A stretch of DNA of 64,000 bases from an uncultured virus (IMG/VR IMGVR_UViG_3300011445_000001) (lineage: Duplodnaviria > Heunggongvirae > Uroviricota > Caudoviricetes). The DNA is taken from IMG/VR virus record IMGVR_UViG_3300011445_000001; one strand, written 5' to 3'. A program made the translations under genes and the position numbers. How positions within the stretch are numbered: position 1 is the stretch's first letter; every line of letters starts with the position of its first letter. The notes under the pieces were generated by a model. It saw only the letters and a list, made by a program, of their open reading frames with translations. It was not told the DNA's origin and did not search any database. Below, piece by piece: positions 1 to 9,334 of the stretch.

Positions 1-123
1 GGATGATATCGCCCTCACACTCGTAGATCTGGCATAGCAGAACATGGAGTCGGACCCGCTGTGCTACCAGCAAGTCCTTCGCATGTCTGGCTACAAGATC
101 GACAGCCGTGGGCTGCTTCGACA

Positions 124-282
124 CTATAATCCCTCTACGACCCGGTTTGCAAGGGCAGCCAACAGAAAAGTGACGGTGGCGCCCAACCCCAATGAAGCCA
201 AAACCCCAAGCGGTGTGATCCAGTAGACCACGGCGCCGAACAGGGTCGTAAACCCAAGCCCAATTACGAAGCTCCAGATCAT
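124..282 (-). CDS. small membrane protein (2 predicted TM)
   Basis: MIWSFVIGLGFTTLFGAVVYW...; hydrophobic throughout; ATG just after the upstream stop. Confidence 0.5.
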   Translation of the reverse strand: MIWSFVIGLGFTTLFGAVVYWITPLGVLASLGLGATVTFLLAALANRVVEGL

Positions 283-283
283 G

Positions 284-550
284 TTATCCTTTCTCCGGAA
301 AGCCGTACTCGGCCTCCAGATGCCGATAGGTTTCAACCGCCCGGCGCGCGAACGGGATGGCTATAGTGCCGGGTTCGTCGCGTACCCACGTCAGCAGCCG
401 CTCCGACCACGTCCCGAGGTACGGCAGGGCCAACCCGCGACGCTCGAGGGCGCGGGCGCACCTTTCGCGGAGGGCGCGTTCAGAGTGGGGCCACGGCGTG
501 CGCTGGATCAGAAAGAAAGTATAGACGGCAAGCAACTTGGCCTTCTGCAT
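284..550 (-). CDS. hypothetical protein
   Basis: ORF from MQKAKLL; fits the minus-strand gene packing. Confidence 0.4.
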   Translation of the reverse strand: MQKAKLLAVYTFFLIQRTPWPHSERALRERCARALERRGLALPYLGTWSERLLTWVRDEPGTIAIPFARRAVETYRHLEAEYGFPEKG

Positions 551-626
551 TGCCACATCGGCCTCCCGGCGTAGGTTACGCCCGTTGGTCGTGATGTTTG
601 CGATTGATTCCATGCCACTCCTTGAG

Positions 627-965
627 CTAATGTGCTGTGCCTTCAACCGAGGCGACGACATGCTTGCCGTTGGACGTCTCAGTCAACCACGTCTCACCGT
701 TCTTGGTGACCCGGACCACAACCGACCCGAAGGTCGAATCAAGGCGCCGGGCCTCTAAATATACCCAATCGCCGTCCGCGCGTCTAAATACCGGCGATTC
801 CCACGGGGTTGTGGTCTGCTGCTGACCAAACCCCTCGGTGGTGATCACCACTTCGGAGCCATCAGATGTGGTGACGTAGTAGACGTACTCGTCATTAGAG
901 TCCAGTAGGCAGCCGTTTAACAGGCACACGGCCGCCGCGCAGGCCACAACCGACGCACTACTCAC
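627..965 (-). CDS. putative lipoprotein
   Basis: Hydrophobic N-terminus ending in lipobox-like LNG-C. Confidence 0.55.
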   Translation of the reverse strand: MSSASVVACAAAVCLLNGCLLDSNDEYVYYVTTSDGSEVVITTEGFGQQQTTTPWESPVFRRADGDWVYLEARRLDSTFGSVVVRVTKNGETWLTETSNGKHVVASVEGTAH

Positions 966-1218
966 TTTGGGTCTCCTTCCTACTACCCTTGATCCGAAAC
1001 TCGATCAGCGTTCTCGGGGTCCACGACGAGCCCAAAGCGGCATCGCCACGCATCTCCACCAAGCCCCGCTTAACCAACGAGCGCAAAGTGGACAAAGATT
1101 CTCGCAGACCATACGAGCAATGCCACGGCTCTGAAGTTGCGGCCTCAAGAGCGGCCAGCCTTTCGTACGCTCGACGCTGGGTGGGCGACAGCCTATCGTA
1201 GTCTACGAGGCCCCTCAC
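958..1218 (-). CDS. hypothetical protein, possible winged-helix
   Basis: LSPTQRRAY...STLRSLVKRGLVE pattern; overlaps neighbouring genes. Confidence 0.45.
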   Translation of the reverse strand: MRGLVDYDRLSPTQRRAYERLAALEAATSEPWHCSYGLRESLSTLRSLVKRGLVEMRGDAALGSSWTPRTLIEFRIKGSRKETQSE

Positions 1219-1568
1219 TTTTGCCCCCTATCACAGGAACCGCATCCGCCCGGATCGACCATGGCACCACACTTCAGGCACCGAAGGGTCGGTTCCTCTT
1301 TCTCGCGGGCATCGTGGAGGGCATCAAGGCAATCCTCACACTCGCAGTCGGACATGCCCATCGAGGCGCGATCCGCAATATCGGCGTACGCTTCGCTCAT
1401 AGGCCACCCATGACGACCCCGAACCGGGCAAAGGATGCTGTGCCCGGCATTGGCGTTCCATACCTTACCAGCGGGGGCGTCGATCCCAACCGTATAATCG
1501 TTTTCGTACAGGATGCCGCCCGACTTCTCGACGGCCACCAAGAATCGCTTCCGGGACATGCTAGACAC
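1215..1568 (-). CDS. hypothetical Cys-rich (Zn-binding) protein
   Basis: CECEDC, CLKC and CGSC motifs. Confidence 0.5.
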   Translation of the reverse strand: MSSMSRKRFLVAVEKSGGILYENDYTVGIDAPAGKVWNANAGHSILCPVRGRHGWPMSEAYADIADRASMGMSDCECEDCLDALHDAREKEEPTLRCLKCGAMVDPGGCGSCDRGQK

Positions 1569-1833
1569 TGGCTACCTCCTTTTGGGCCCTCTTCGCTTCG
1601 GCACGCTTCCGAGCCTCGCGTACCATCTCCTGCGCGCACTTCGCGCAAGTGCCATGGTCGGCATACTTCGGCCAATCAGCCGCAGCAATGGGAGCAACCG
1701 GGCGGTTGTGAATCATGGTGTGATGGCACCACGAACACGCCATGCCGGGCGAGCACTTCCGACGGGCAACCGTCAGCTGGCTCAGATGGCGGGCGAGTTC
1801 CCGCTGATCCTTCGTCCAACCTTGCCGTTCCAT
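1561..1833 (-). CDS. small Zn-finger protein, probably leaderless
   Basis: MERQGWTK...CSWC...CAKC; ATG 14 nt downstream of the -12 C of a sigma54-type motif; no SD. Confidence 0.6.
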   Translation of the reverse strand: MERQGWTKDQRELARHLSQLTVARRKCSPGMACSWCHHTMIHNRPVAPIAAADWPKYADHGTCAKCAQEMVREARKRAEAKRAQKEVASV

Positions 1834-1846
1834 GCCCCAATAAACC

Positions 1847-1862
1847 GCAAATCCAATGCCCG
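1847..1862 (-). promoter_or_regulatory. sigma54-type -24/-12 promoter
   Basis: Minus strand GGGCAT-TGGAT-TTGC (GG-N10-GC), intergenic. Confidence 0.7.
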
Positions 1863-2039
1863 GGGGGTATGCAAGGGAAGGGGCGGGGAGGCCTCCTAAG
1901 GGTGCAAAGGGATGCAGATCTGCACTGGGTGGGGGTAGAGGGCCCATAATCTGTGGGATGCGCAGATTAGAGCGAGGAACCGTGGGAGGCGGGGGCCCGA
2001 CGACCAGAAACAAGCCGCCCAAGCCCCGGCCTGCGCCAC

Positions 2040-2327
2040 CTACTTCTTAACCGCGACCTGAACGCCCGCCTCAAAGAGGCTCTGAATCTCGGCCCAAGAG
2101 TAGACGTTCTTCTCCGGGAAGTGATTCTGGAAGGCCGTAACGACGTAGCGGGTGTCCTGCGGAGGAAGCTCCTCGTTCTCGGCCCGGAACTGCACCTTGG
2201 CCGACGATCGCGCCACCGGACTCGAGCTGTCGGTTCTGAGGGTCTCCTCGATCTGTGCGCCTAAAGCAGCGAGGCCGCTGCTGGCGTCGCTTAGCTGGCC
2301 GGGGCCGTCGATAAAATCGTCGCTCAT
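2040..2327 (-). CDS. hypothetical protein
   Basis: 95-aa ORF with upstream AGGA and GTGTA motif. Confidence 0.55.
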   Translation of the reverse strand: MSDDFIDGPGQLSDASSGLAALGAQIEETLRTDSSSPVARSSAKVQFRAENEELPPQDTRYVVTAFQNHFPEKNVYSWAEIQSLFEAGVQVAVKK

Positions 2328-2362
2328 GTTTGGTATCCTACGTTAGGGTTCGTGGTACTTCA

Positions 2363-2380
2363 AGTAGGCGTTTAGTACAC
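2363..2380 (-). promoter_or_regulatory. GTGTA-type phage promoter motif (variant)
   Basis: GTGTACTA-N6-TACT just downstream of a terminator. Confidence 0.5.
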
Positions 2381-2390
2381 CGAGGGGCCG

Positions 2391-2432
2391 AAATTAAATA
2401 AGCCGGGTCCGTTATCTGGGGAGGACCCGGCT
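2391..2432 (-). terminator. intrinsic terminator
   Basis: AGCCGGGTCC/GGACCCGGCT inverted repeat followed on the minus strand by TATTTAATTT. Confidence 0.7.
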
Positions 2433-2529
2433 CTGGTTTGACCCCGCCTATTCTAGCGGAGCAACGTCAACGCGGCGGCCAGCTCAATGGTGGCCACCAA
2501 CGCCCACCAAATCTGTCTGCGAACGCGCA

Positions 2530-2763
2530 TCATATAGGCAACCCCCTTTCTGCCAGAAGCAGCACCCCAAGGTACTTGCGGAGGCCGTCAATCTTCTGGG
2601 CGTGGATTTCAATCTCGATCTGCGTGGTGACCACGTTATCCTCGAGAAGCTCCTCCGAGGAGTTAAAGCTGGCGGCTTCTAAGGCCCGTTGGGCGTCAGC
2701 CAGCTTCCGGATGGCCGAGTCCAGATGACAGGCGGCCTTCTTCATAAGATCGCTGTTCTTCAC
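2530..2763 (-). CDS. hypothetical coiled-coil protein
   Basis: ORF with GGAGG SD upstream. Confidence 0.5.
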   Translation of the reverse strand: MKNSDLMKKAACHLDSAIRKLADAQRALEAASFNSSEELLEDNVVTTQIEIEIHAQKIDGLRKYLGVLLLAERGLPI

Positions 2764-2774
2764 GTATGGCCTCC

Positions 2775-3014
2775 TTATCCGTTGACTTTTCTAAACTTGG
2801 TCACCGCGCGCAGCATGCCACGCAGCACCCGGCCAGAAAACCGAGCCTGCAGAACCTCCTCAAGCGGCCTAGACTCACGGCCGGACCCAAGGCCCTCCTC
2901 AACCTCGCTCAACACCTCGAGGTGTCGGGCCAGATTGTCGAGGCTTTTTACGTTGTCTGTGATGGCACACCGCAGGGCGGCGCCGAGGATCGGGTCTTTC
3001 AGCTTGTTCTTCAT
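2775..3014 (-). CDS. hypothetical protein, probably leaderless
   Basis: MKNKLKDP...; ATG 14 nt downstream of the -12 C of a sigma54-type motif. Confidence 0.55.
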   Translation of the reverse strand: MKNKLKDPILGAALRCAITDNVKSLDNLARHLEVLSEVEEGLGSGRESRPLEEVLQARFSGRVLRGMLRAVTKFRKVNG

Positions 3015-3027
3015 GCCCTTGTAGATC

Positions 3028-3043
3028 GCAAGGTTGGTGCCAG
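3028..3043 (-). promoter_or_regulatory. sigma54-type -24/-12 promoter
   Basis: CTGGCAC-CAACC-TTGC; the 28 bp at 3021-3048 are identical to 27692-27719. Confidence 0.8.
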
Positions 3044-3105
3044 CCCAAAGTGGCCTTGAGGGGGTTCTTGGGTCCTGTAGGATTGGGAAGACCCCACAGA
3101 TGGGG

Positions 3106-3528
3106 CTAGGAGGCCAAGAGGCGGTCGACAACCGCGTTAAGCTTCTGTAGGTCCTCGTAGACAAGGTCCCTCTTGTCTCGGGCTAGGTCGAGGGCCACAA
3201 AGACCCTCTTGAACCGGGCGGGGCTTTTGTTGGCCGACCGAATCTTAAGCAGGATCTGGTTCTCGAAGGCGTCGACCATCTCGAGGGCCGACTTGGGCTT
3301 AATTGCCCCGGCTTCCGGCTCGCCGCGCGCCGCCTTCTCAAATTGCTCCGGGGTCCACGAACGGCGGCAGGCGTAGCAGAAGGCCTGATTCTTGTCGAGG
3401 TCCAGCTTCATCGAGGGGGTGCTGTCCGGGTGAAATGGGCAGTGCACCATCTGCGACTGGTTAACGGGTCGGGTTAGCTCTCCGATCAAATCCTGAAAGA
3501 TCTCGGTGATTAGGATGTCGGTTTTCAT
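3106..3528 (-). CDS. stand-alone CHC2 zinc-finger (primase zinc-binding domain) protein
   Basis: CPFHPDSTPSM...FCYAC motif; ATGA overlap with the DnaB stop. Confidence 0.75.
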   Translation of the reverse strand: MKTDILITEIFQDLIGELTRPVNQSQMVHCPFHPDSTPSMKLDLDKNQAFCYACRRSWTPEQFEKAARGEPEAGAIKPKSALEMVDAFENQILLKIRSANKSPARFKRVFVALDLARDKRDLVYEDLQKLNAVVDRLLAS

Positions 3529-5003
3529 TCTGGTCTGTTGAAGCCTTCTTCGTTGCCTATGAACGAGTACTGGAAGCGGGTAGTCAGGTTGAAGGGCTTT
3601 CCAGATTCGCCTTCTCGGTTCTTCACAAACCCGGCGCGCACGTAATGGTTCTTCTTGTACTCTTCGCGAAGCAACAACCACAACGCCACATCGGCGCTTT
3701 TCTCAGCCTCTGACGTCCCGGCCAGCGAACGCATGGTGTACGGCACGATATCCTCGGGCGCATGGTCCGCCCCGCGCCGAGTAGATGGCTTCATTAGCCG
3801 GTCGGCTTCGTCTCGACTGACCCTATTCAGCTGGTGTGCGGTAACCACCGCTAGCTGGTCGCGCGTACCGAAATTAAGGGCCAGCATCTTACAGGCCCGA
3901 ATACGGGACGAGTACGACTCACGGATATCTGTAGTCTTCACGTGCTCGGCGAACAGCAGCGCATAGTCCAAGAAGACCGCGTCAATCTTGTGCATACGGT
4001 TCTTTGCCACCAGATAGTCGCCGAGGTCGGGGATGGTCATCTTGCCCGGGACCTGTAGAATATCAAGCAGCCCGTACTTCCCGGAGCGGTATCCGTCACG
4101 CATGTCATCCTTCGCCATGCGCAGCGTTTCCTCCTCTTCGACCGAGAGGCTTCCGTCGCGCATCCCCCGAAACGGCACCGGGGCAACCGCACACGGCGCC
4201 CACTTCGGACGCCCATCGCGGTGGTAGGTGTGACGAGAGATCATCATCTTCTCGATTTGCTGCTTGGTCATTTCGGCCGTGGCGTAAACCACGTTCTTGC
4301 CCTGCAGCACGGCCAGATTGTAAGCCATATTGCGCAGAAGGGTGCTTTTGCCCTCGCCCGAATAGGCGCCCACGATCCAGAACTCCCCGCCACCCATACC
4401 GTTCGTTAACGCGTCGATTTGTTGAATACCGGTCGACATTCGGCCCGGGACTTCCTTGTTCGGGCCCAGTTGGGACTTCAGTGTGTGATATCGCTCCCAT
4501 AGGCGCTCGGCGTTCTCAAATAGGTTGCCGGAATTGTCGACTTGATCGCGAACATCTGCGATCTTTTGCTTTACCTCCTGTAGGTACTGCCACGCGGCGT
4601 CAATGCCACGCATCTCCACGCGCCCCACCTTATACCCCGACACAACGATCTCTTGGGCAACCTTGGTGGAGGCGAGGGTAGTTCGCTCGATCCACTTATC
4701 GCGAAGAGCTTGCAAGGCGGTCGGGAAGAGATTTAGGTCGCCGACGTAGCCACGAAGGTCGTCGATGGCAATGCGGGCAGCGAAGGCGGGTCCGGTGTTC
4801 GCCGAGGCCACGTCGGCCTCAAGGACCTCGTAGTTGGGCAGCTTCTGGTCGTCCCGATACTTGACGACGAGGCCGAACAGCATACCCTGCGCACCGTCGA
4901 ACGGATTTACGCCCTTGAAAGTCTCTTTGAACTTAAGCCAACAAGACCCCTCCGGATCGTGGGTCAGGTGGTAGAGAACCTCGTTCTCGAGATTATATGC
5001 CAT
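3525..5003 (-). CDS. dnaB: DnaB-like replicative helicase
   Basis: STGIQQID, Walker A GAYSGEGKS, TAEM, FLDY, HQLNR, EKSAD, KNREG. Confidence 0.9.
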   Translation of the reverse strand: MAYNLENEVLYHLTHDPEGSCWLKFKETFKGVNPFDGAQGMLFGLVVKYRDDQKLPNYEVLEADVASANTGPAFAARIAIDDLRGYVGDLNLFPTALQALRDKWIERTTLASTKVAQEIVVSGYKVGRVEMRGIDAAWQYLQEVKQKIADVRDQVDNSGNLFENAERLWERYHTLKSQLGPNKEVPGRMSTGIQQIDALTNGMGGGEFWIVGAYSGEGKSTLLRNMAYNLAVLQGKNVVYATAEMTKQQIEKMMISRHTYHRDGRPKWAPCAVAPVPFRGMRDGSLSVEEEETLRMAKDDMRDGYRSGKYGLLDILQVPGKMTIPDLGDYLVAKNRMHKIDAVFLDYALLFAEHVKTTDIRESYSSRIRACKMLALNFGTRDQLAVVTAHQLNRVSRDEADRLMKPSTRRGADHAPEDIVPYTMRSLAGTSEAEKSADVALWLLLREEYKKNHYVRAGFVKNREGESGKPFNLTTRFQYSFIGNEEGFNRPE

Positions 5004-5532
5004 TTAGCACCTTCGGGGCCCAATCCTTAGATAGCACCTGCGGAAGCTGGCGCAACATGGCCGGGAAGTCCGTGTCGTGTACCTGCATCTTTGGTGTGTA
5101 GTGGTTATAGAGAATTGAACCACCAATGTGGGAGATTAGGTAGAGAGGCTTGCGCTTCGCGCGGCGGTAGAGCATGATCCGCCCCATCACCATAGATATG
5201 CCCTTGGGCTTCATTTCCCCGCGCTTCGGGTCTAGGGTAATGAACAAAAGGTCTGGGCGCATGAAGTCGAAGTGCCCCTCGCGGCCAAATTCGATATCCA
5301 CAATGGGCTGGGCGTGCTCGTGTCCCACCTGAATCTCCCACCCGTTGTCGTGGTAGCGGCCATAGTTCTGCTGCGAAAAGTTGAAGATGATGGAATTAAC
5401 GATCAGATCCGTATTCGGTGACTCCCCAACAATGACAGCCTGCTCACCCGGCGTGGTGAAGTCATCAAGGTAGCCGACCTCGGGGCGCTCGCACCAGCGC
5501 TTAAATTCGTCGGACTTAATGTGCTTTTGCAT
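4993..5532 (-). CDS. possible degenerate DnaC/IstB-like helicase loader
   Basis: Directly upstream of dnaB; PDLLFITLD and YRRAKRKPLYLISH resemble IstB/DnaC; no intact Walker A. Confidence 0.35.
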   Translation of the reverse strand: MQKHIKSDEFKRWCERPEVGYLDDFTTPGEQAVIVGESPNTDLIVNSIIFNFSQQNYGRYHDNGWEIQVGHEHAQPIVDIEFGREGHFDFMRPDLLFITLDPKRGEMKPKGISMVMGRIMLYRRAKRKPLYLISHIGGSILYNHYTPKMQVHDTDFPAMLRQLPQVLSKDWAPKVLNGI

Positions 5533-7186
5533 TAGCCATGGCCTCCAACAGCCCGACGCTGAAAGTCTGGTCCATCTCGTCCACCGAATCCATAAAGTCC
5601 TTTTTCCCAAACACGGCTTCGATCGTTAGTTTCTTTTGCTTAAGGATCGTCAGCACGTGCTCATCGAAGGTATTCTCGGCCACGAAGTAGCAGACCACCA
5701 CATGCTTGAACTCCGACCCCGCGCGACGAATGCGACCTATAATCTGGCCCAACTCGCCGAACGAGAACGGCATGTCTATCAAGAAAAGGGCCCGGGCTGC
5801 TTGTAGATTTAGCCCCATGCCCCCGGCTTGGCTCATCAACATCACCCTACACGTCGGATCGGTTGAAAATCTAATTTTGTTCTGTTCCCTTTGCTCTTGG
5901 GTCTCAGACCCGGTAATACGAACCGGGTTAAACCGCTTAAGGGCCTTCTCTAGGGCGTCAATATAAGTGCGGAACTTGGAGAAGATGACGACCTTCTCGC
6001 CGTCGAACTCACCATCCAGAAGCCGCTCGATCTCGTCCAGCTTGGGGTTCTCATCCAACCCAGCACGAAGATTCGGATCAAAGAAGCGCAGCCCATTGAC
6101 AATCCTTTGCATTTGCAGCATCTTGGTTAAGATGTTTTGCGGGCGGTCCATTTTGGTAAGCCGCAGGTGGCCCATGATCTCCTGAAAGAGGGCCGTGCCC
6201 AGCAGATCCTGTTCCGTCGCGTCGTACGCCTTGCGCTGATTCGGACCGAGCTGCAGAACCACCTGCTTTTCAATCAGGGCTGGAAGTTGGACACCCAAAT
6301 CTGAGTAGTTACGACCAAGGTAATAGGGCTTGATGCGCTCGGCCAAGAGGTTGAGGTTCTTGCCTCCGGCGTAGACGTAGATCTCGCCGCCCGAGGCCGT
6401 GCGGATTGCGCGCTGCTTGGTATAGAGACCCCGAAACAGCGACACGCCCATATAGTGCTGCGTGTGTCCGGCCCGGTCGGTTCTCGCCACACCGAAGAGA
6501 GACGGTACGATTACCGAATAGATGCCGAATATCTCTATGGGGTTGTTGCTCATGGCGTAGGCCGTCAGGGCCCACGCATACTTAGCCTTTGCGGCCAGCG
6601 TACGCGCTGCCTGAAACACAGCCGTTTGATAGTTCTTGAAGACGGCCGCCTCGTCGAATATGACAATATCGAAATCCAGCGTCTCGAGCCAGCCCTTCGA
6701 AACCTTAGTAGTCGGGGTGGTCAGCTTCGCTCCCTTACGCGGGCGAGTCCTTGACGAATAGGAGGTGTCGTTGCGCATAAGGGCGTAGTTGATTATCAGA
6801 ACGTCCCGGGGCTTTAGGGATTTGCAGATTTGATACCGCTGGGTTGGCGAATACTCGGAGGTCAGCACCACCGGTCGAAAGCCCCGCAGGAATCGACGCG
6901 CCTCGGACTGCCACTGTAGCACGGCGGAATTAACGGTTACTATCAGCACCTTGGGGTTTGGCGCCTTCCGGTCGTGAACGGTAGCCACGGCAAGAAGGGA
7001 TTCGATTGTCTTTCCAGCGCCGGTGGCATCGCCAAGCAGGGCGCGGTTGTTTGCGTAGAGGAAAGCGGCGCCCGAGAACTGATATCCGTAAGGAGTGCCA
7101 ACAAAAGAGGGAGGCAGCGGAAAAGAATCCGGCAGCTTCGGGCTTGCCCTAACTGCCGGAGTTACGTCGTCATCTAACAGCATCAC
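5516..7186 (-). CDS. SNF2-family helicase
   Basis: GDATGAGKT, IFDEA, VVIFS, GGMGLNLQ, QIIGRIRRAG. Confidence 0.9.
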   Translation of the reverse strand: MMLLDDDVTPAVRASPKLPDSFPLPPSFVGTPYGYQFSGAAFLYANNRALLGDATGAGKTIESLLAVATVHDRKAPNPKVLIVTVNSAVLQWQSEARRFLRGFRPVVLTSEYSPTQRYQICKSLKPRDVLIINYALMRNDTSYSSRTRPRKGAKLTTPTTKVSKGWLETLDFDIVIFDEAAVFKNYQTAVFQAARTLAAKAKYAWALTAYAMSNNPIEIFGIYSVIVPSLFGVARTDRAGHTQHYMGVSLFRGLYTKQRAIRTASGGEIYVYAGGKNLNLLAERIKPYYLGRNYSDLGVQLPALIEKQVVLQLGPNQRKAYDATEQDLLGTALFQEIMGHLRLTKMDRPQNILTKMLQMQRIVNGLRFFDPNLRAGLDENPKLDEIERLLDGEFDGEKVVIFSKFRTYIDALEKALKRFNPVRITGSETQEQREQNKIRFSTDPTCRVMLMSQAGGMGLNLQAARALFLIDMPFSFGELGQIIGRIRRAGSEFKHVVVCYFVAENTFDEHVLTILKQKKLTIEAVFGKKDFMDSVDEMDQTFSVGLLEAMANAKAH

Positions 7187-7198
7187 CCGCTTAGTACA

Positions 7199-8332
7199 CT
7201 AAGCCGGGGTCAGCTGCCCAACCGACTTCGCGGCCGTGGTGGCCGAGGAGGTGCGGAGCCCCTTGCTGTACTTGCGCGGGACGCGGTTCAGGTGCTTGAA
7301 CTCGGGGCCGGTGCCGATGAAGCCCACCTGTACGCCGGTCACTTCCTGTACCTTCTGCACGAACTCCCGGGTGGCCGGGGTCAACAGGTGGTAGCTGCCC
7401 CTACCGCGATTCTTGTAGTCGAGGTAGTCCAGCGCCACAAGGGCGATCTGTGTCGGACGGTTGATCAGGCACGCGCGCTTGGCCTGATCGTAATCGAATC
7501 GCCCAACCCGACGAACCTTCTTCGTCACCTGCGTCATTTCGGTGAGGTCACTGGGCGCCCCGCTTTCGGCCGTCACCTGAGCCCACGTCAGCTCATCCTT
7601 GATCGGCCCGGCCTGCTGGCCGGATACACGGATTGGGAAGGCGCGCATCACCAGAATCACATCGGTGACGAGGAACGGCGACAATCCCACCTCACTGACG
7701 AAGGCGGCGGCGCCAGTGTCGCGTGAGGTGGCGCAGGGATAGGATTCACCGTGGTAGAGCGACAACCCAAATCCCTGCGTGCCCTCGATCATGATGTTCT
7801 CACCGGCATCCACGGCGTCGTTCAGGATCTTGGCCGTGTCGGCCAGCATGGACGCCCACGGCAACCCATCGACCGTGATATCCTTGGCGAGCTTGACGTC
7901 CTTGCCGCGCATGATACGACGAGCCGAGGCTGCGCCCACGCCGCTCTGCGTAGACGAAATCTGGTCGAACATACCGGCGCCGGACTCGACCTCGATGTCC
8001 TGTCGTTCAATGATCATGGCGTTCCGGTCGACGAGGATGCGGTCGGCCGTGATCGCAAACCGCTCCATCTCCGCCTTCAAGATCTCCGGATTGATGAGCG
8101 ACCCGGCGGGAAGCACCAGCTTCACCGACTGACTGACCAACCCCGACACGGAAAGCTGTCTGGCCGACTGGATGGTACCATCGGCAGAGGTCAGAGAATG
8201 TCCGGCATTCGTACCACCGCAGCGCACCGCGTACGTACAGTTGTTCTCTACAACGATCTTGGCGGCAACGCGGCCCTTGCCTTCCGACCCGAACTGTCCG
8301 CCGCTGACAACAAACACTCTACCCTTCTTCAT
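7199..8332 (-). CDS. purZ: adenylosuccinate-synthetase-family protein, PurZ0-like (2-amino-dAMP succinate synthetase candidate)
   Basis: GGQFGSEGKG (Ser where PurA has catalytic Asp), GGTNAGH, EGTQGFGL, TSRD, FPIRV (Ile where PurA has Thr), RRVG, GTGP; AAGGAG SD. Family is certain; the PurZ0 subtype is inferred. Confidence 0.7.
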   Translation of the reverse strand: MKKGRVFVVSGGQFGSEGKGRVAAKIVVENNCTYAVRCGGTNAGHSLTSADGTIQSARQLSVSGLVSQSVKLVLPAGSLINPEILKAEMERFAITADRILVDRNAMIIERQDIEVESGAGMFDQISSTQSGVGAASARRIMRGKDVKLAKDITVDGLPWASMLADTAKILNDAVDAGENIMIEGTQGFGLSLYHGESYPCATSRDTGAAAFVSEVGLSPFLVTDVILVMRAFPIRVSGQQAGPIKDELTWAQVTAESGAPSDLTEMTQVTKKVRRVGRFDYDQAKRACLINRPTQIALVALDYLDYKNRGRGSYHLLTPATREFVQKVQEVTGVQVGFIGTGPEFKHLNRVPRKYSKGLRTSSATTAAKSVGQLTPA

Positions 8333-8337
8333 TCTGC

Positions 8338-8544
8338 CTAGCTCCTTTGTGTGCCCCACTTTATCCGTAGTTCTGTGATCCTCTTCAGCTTGCTGGTACA
8401 CTCGGCGCACCAGAGAGCCTCGGGTATCACTGAGTTAATGTTCGCGCCAAAGTCGTCGATAATCACCTGCCCGCCCTCGCATTCGGTGATCAAAGTCATT
8501 AGGCCGACTAGGGCCTGAAACTGTGCCTCATTGAGCGGTGCCAT
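8338..8544 (-). CDS. hypothetical protein
   Basis: MAPLNEAQ...CAEC; preceded by GTGTATAA. Confidence 0.4.
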   Translation of the reverse strand: MAPLNEAQFQALVGLMTLITECEGGQVIIDDFGANINSVIPEALWCAECTSKLKRITELRIKWGTQRS

Positions 8545-8551
8545 CTCATGA

Positions 8552-8749
8552 TTATACACCCATCCTGTCGTCCCACTCCCGCATCGCCATCCCAAGAATC
8601 GCCGAATTAGATGCGGCCTCTTGGTGTCGCTTCAACACCCGAACTATACTGCTCAAAACCGCCTCTCGCTTAGTCGGGTGGACCTTTAGGTAAAGCCAAT
8701 TCCGAAGTTCCTGTGCTTGGGGTCCGTTGAGTATCTTGGTGGCCGCCAC
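8552..8749 (-). CDS. hypothetical protein
   Basis: Packed ORF. Confidence 0.45.
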   Translation of the reverse strand: MAATKILNGPQAQELRNWLYLKVHPTKREAVLSSIVRVLKRHQEAASNSAILGMAMREWDDRMGV

Positions 8750-9222
8750 TAAACACCCTCCTCGAAGATGAACTTATCAAAGGCCTCTTGCCCGATCAGG
8801 GCAATCAGTCGCTTCTCCCACTGCGCAAGCGACCGGGCGGTTAAAGCGTGAAAGGAACCGCCCATTCTCTGTCTCTGTTCTCTCAACCGCTTCACATACA
8901 CCTTACAGGATTCGGGTGTAAAGCATCCCTCGCGCTCGACCTGAAGAATCGGCTGGGGCGGTTGGGGGGCAGCGCTGTCGTGTATCTCCCGGGCGAGCTT
9001 TTGGGCCGCCGGGCTGAGGTGCTGGGTCTTGTCGATCAGCTGGTCTAGCTCCTTTTTGGCTGCCTTATCCTTGCGCCGGTCGCGGTTCCGCTTAGCGGCG
9101 ATCTTACCACACGGCTTGCAGTACCAATGCTTACCATCCGGCTGCGACTTGTTGTTGCCGAAGTTCTCAATAGCAACCGGCAACTTGCACATCTTACAGA
9201 CCTTCGTAGTCTGCTCTTCCAT
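8749..9222 (-). CDS. Zn-ribbon protein
   Basis: CKMC...NF...DG...YCKPC N-terminal finger; strong SD. Confidence 0.6.
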   Translation of the reverse strand: MEEQTTKVCKMCKLPVAIENFGNNKSQPDGKHWYCKPCGKIAAKRNRDRRKDKAAKKELDQLIDKTQHLSPAAQKLAREIHDSAAPQPPQPILQVEREGCFTPESCKVYVKRLREQRQRMGGSFHALTARSLAQWEKRLIALIGQEAFDKFIFEEGV

Positions 9223-9255
9223 AGGCCCTCCTTCTAGAGTCCTACCCTAAATGTC

Positions 9256-9271
9256 GCAAACACCATGCCAC
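9256..9271 (-). promoter_or_regulatory. sigma54-type -24/-12 promoter
   Basis: TGGCAT-GGTGT-TTGC in an intergenic gap. Confidence 0.7.
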
Positions 9272-9334
9272 CCGGTAAGGCCTTGAGATGCTGGTGAAGC
9301 CAAAGGTATGGGAACGACACTGCACACCTTGGAC

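Noticed and set aside
7199..8332. Ordinary purA auxiliary metabolic gene
   Set aside because: Lacks the catalytic Asp of GDEGKG and has FPIRV rather than Y.TRV; not excluded without an assay, but a PurZ0-like call fits better
8749..9222. HNH homing endonuclease (also 56243-56545)
   Set aside because: Has the N-terminal Zn finger often fused to HNH domains but no HNH catalytic motif
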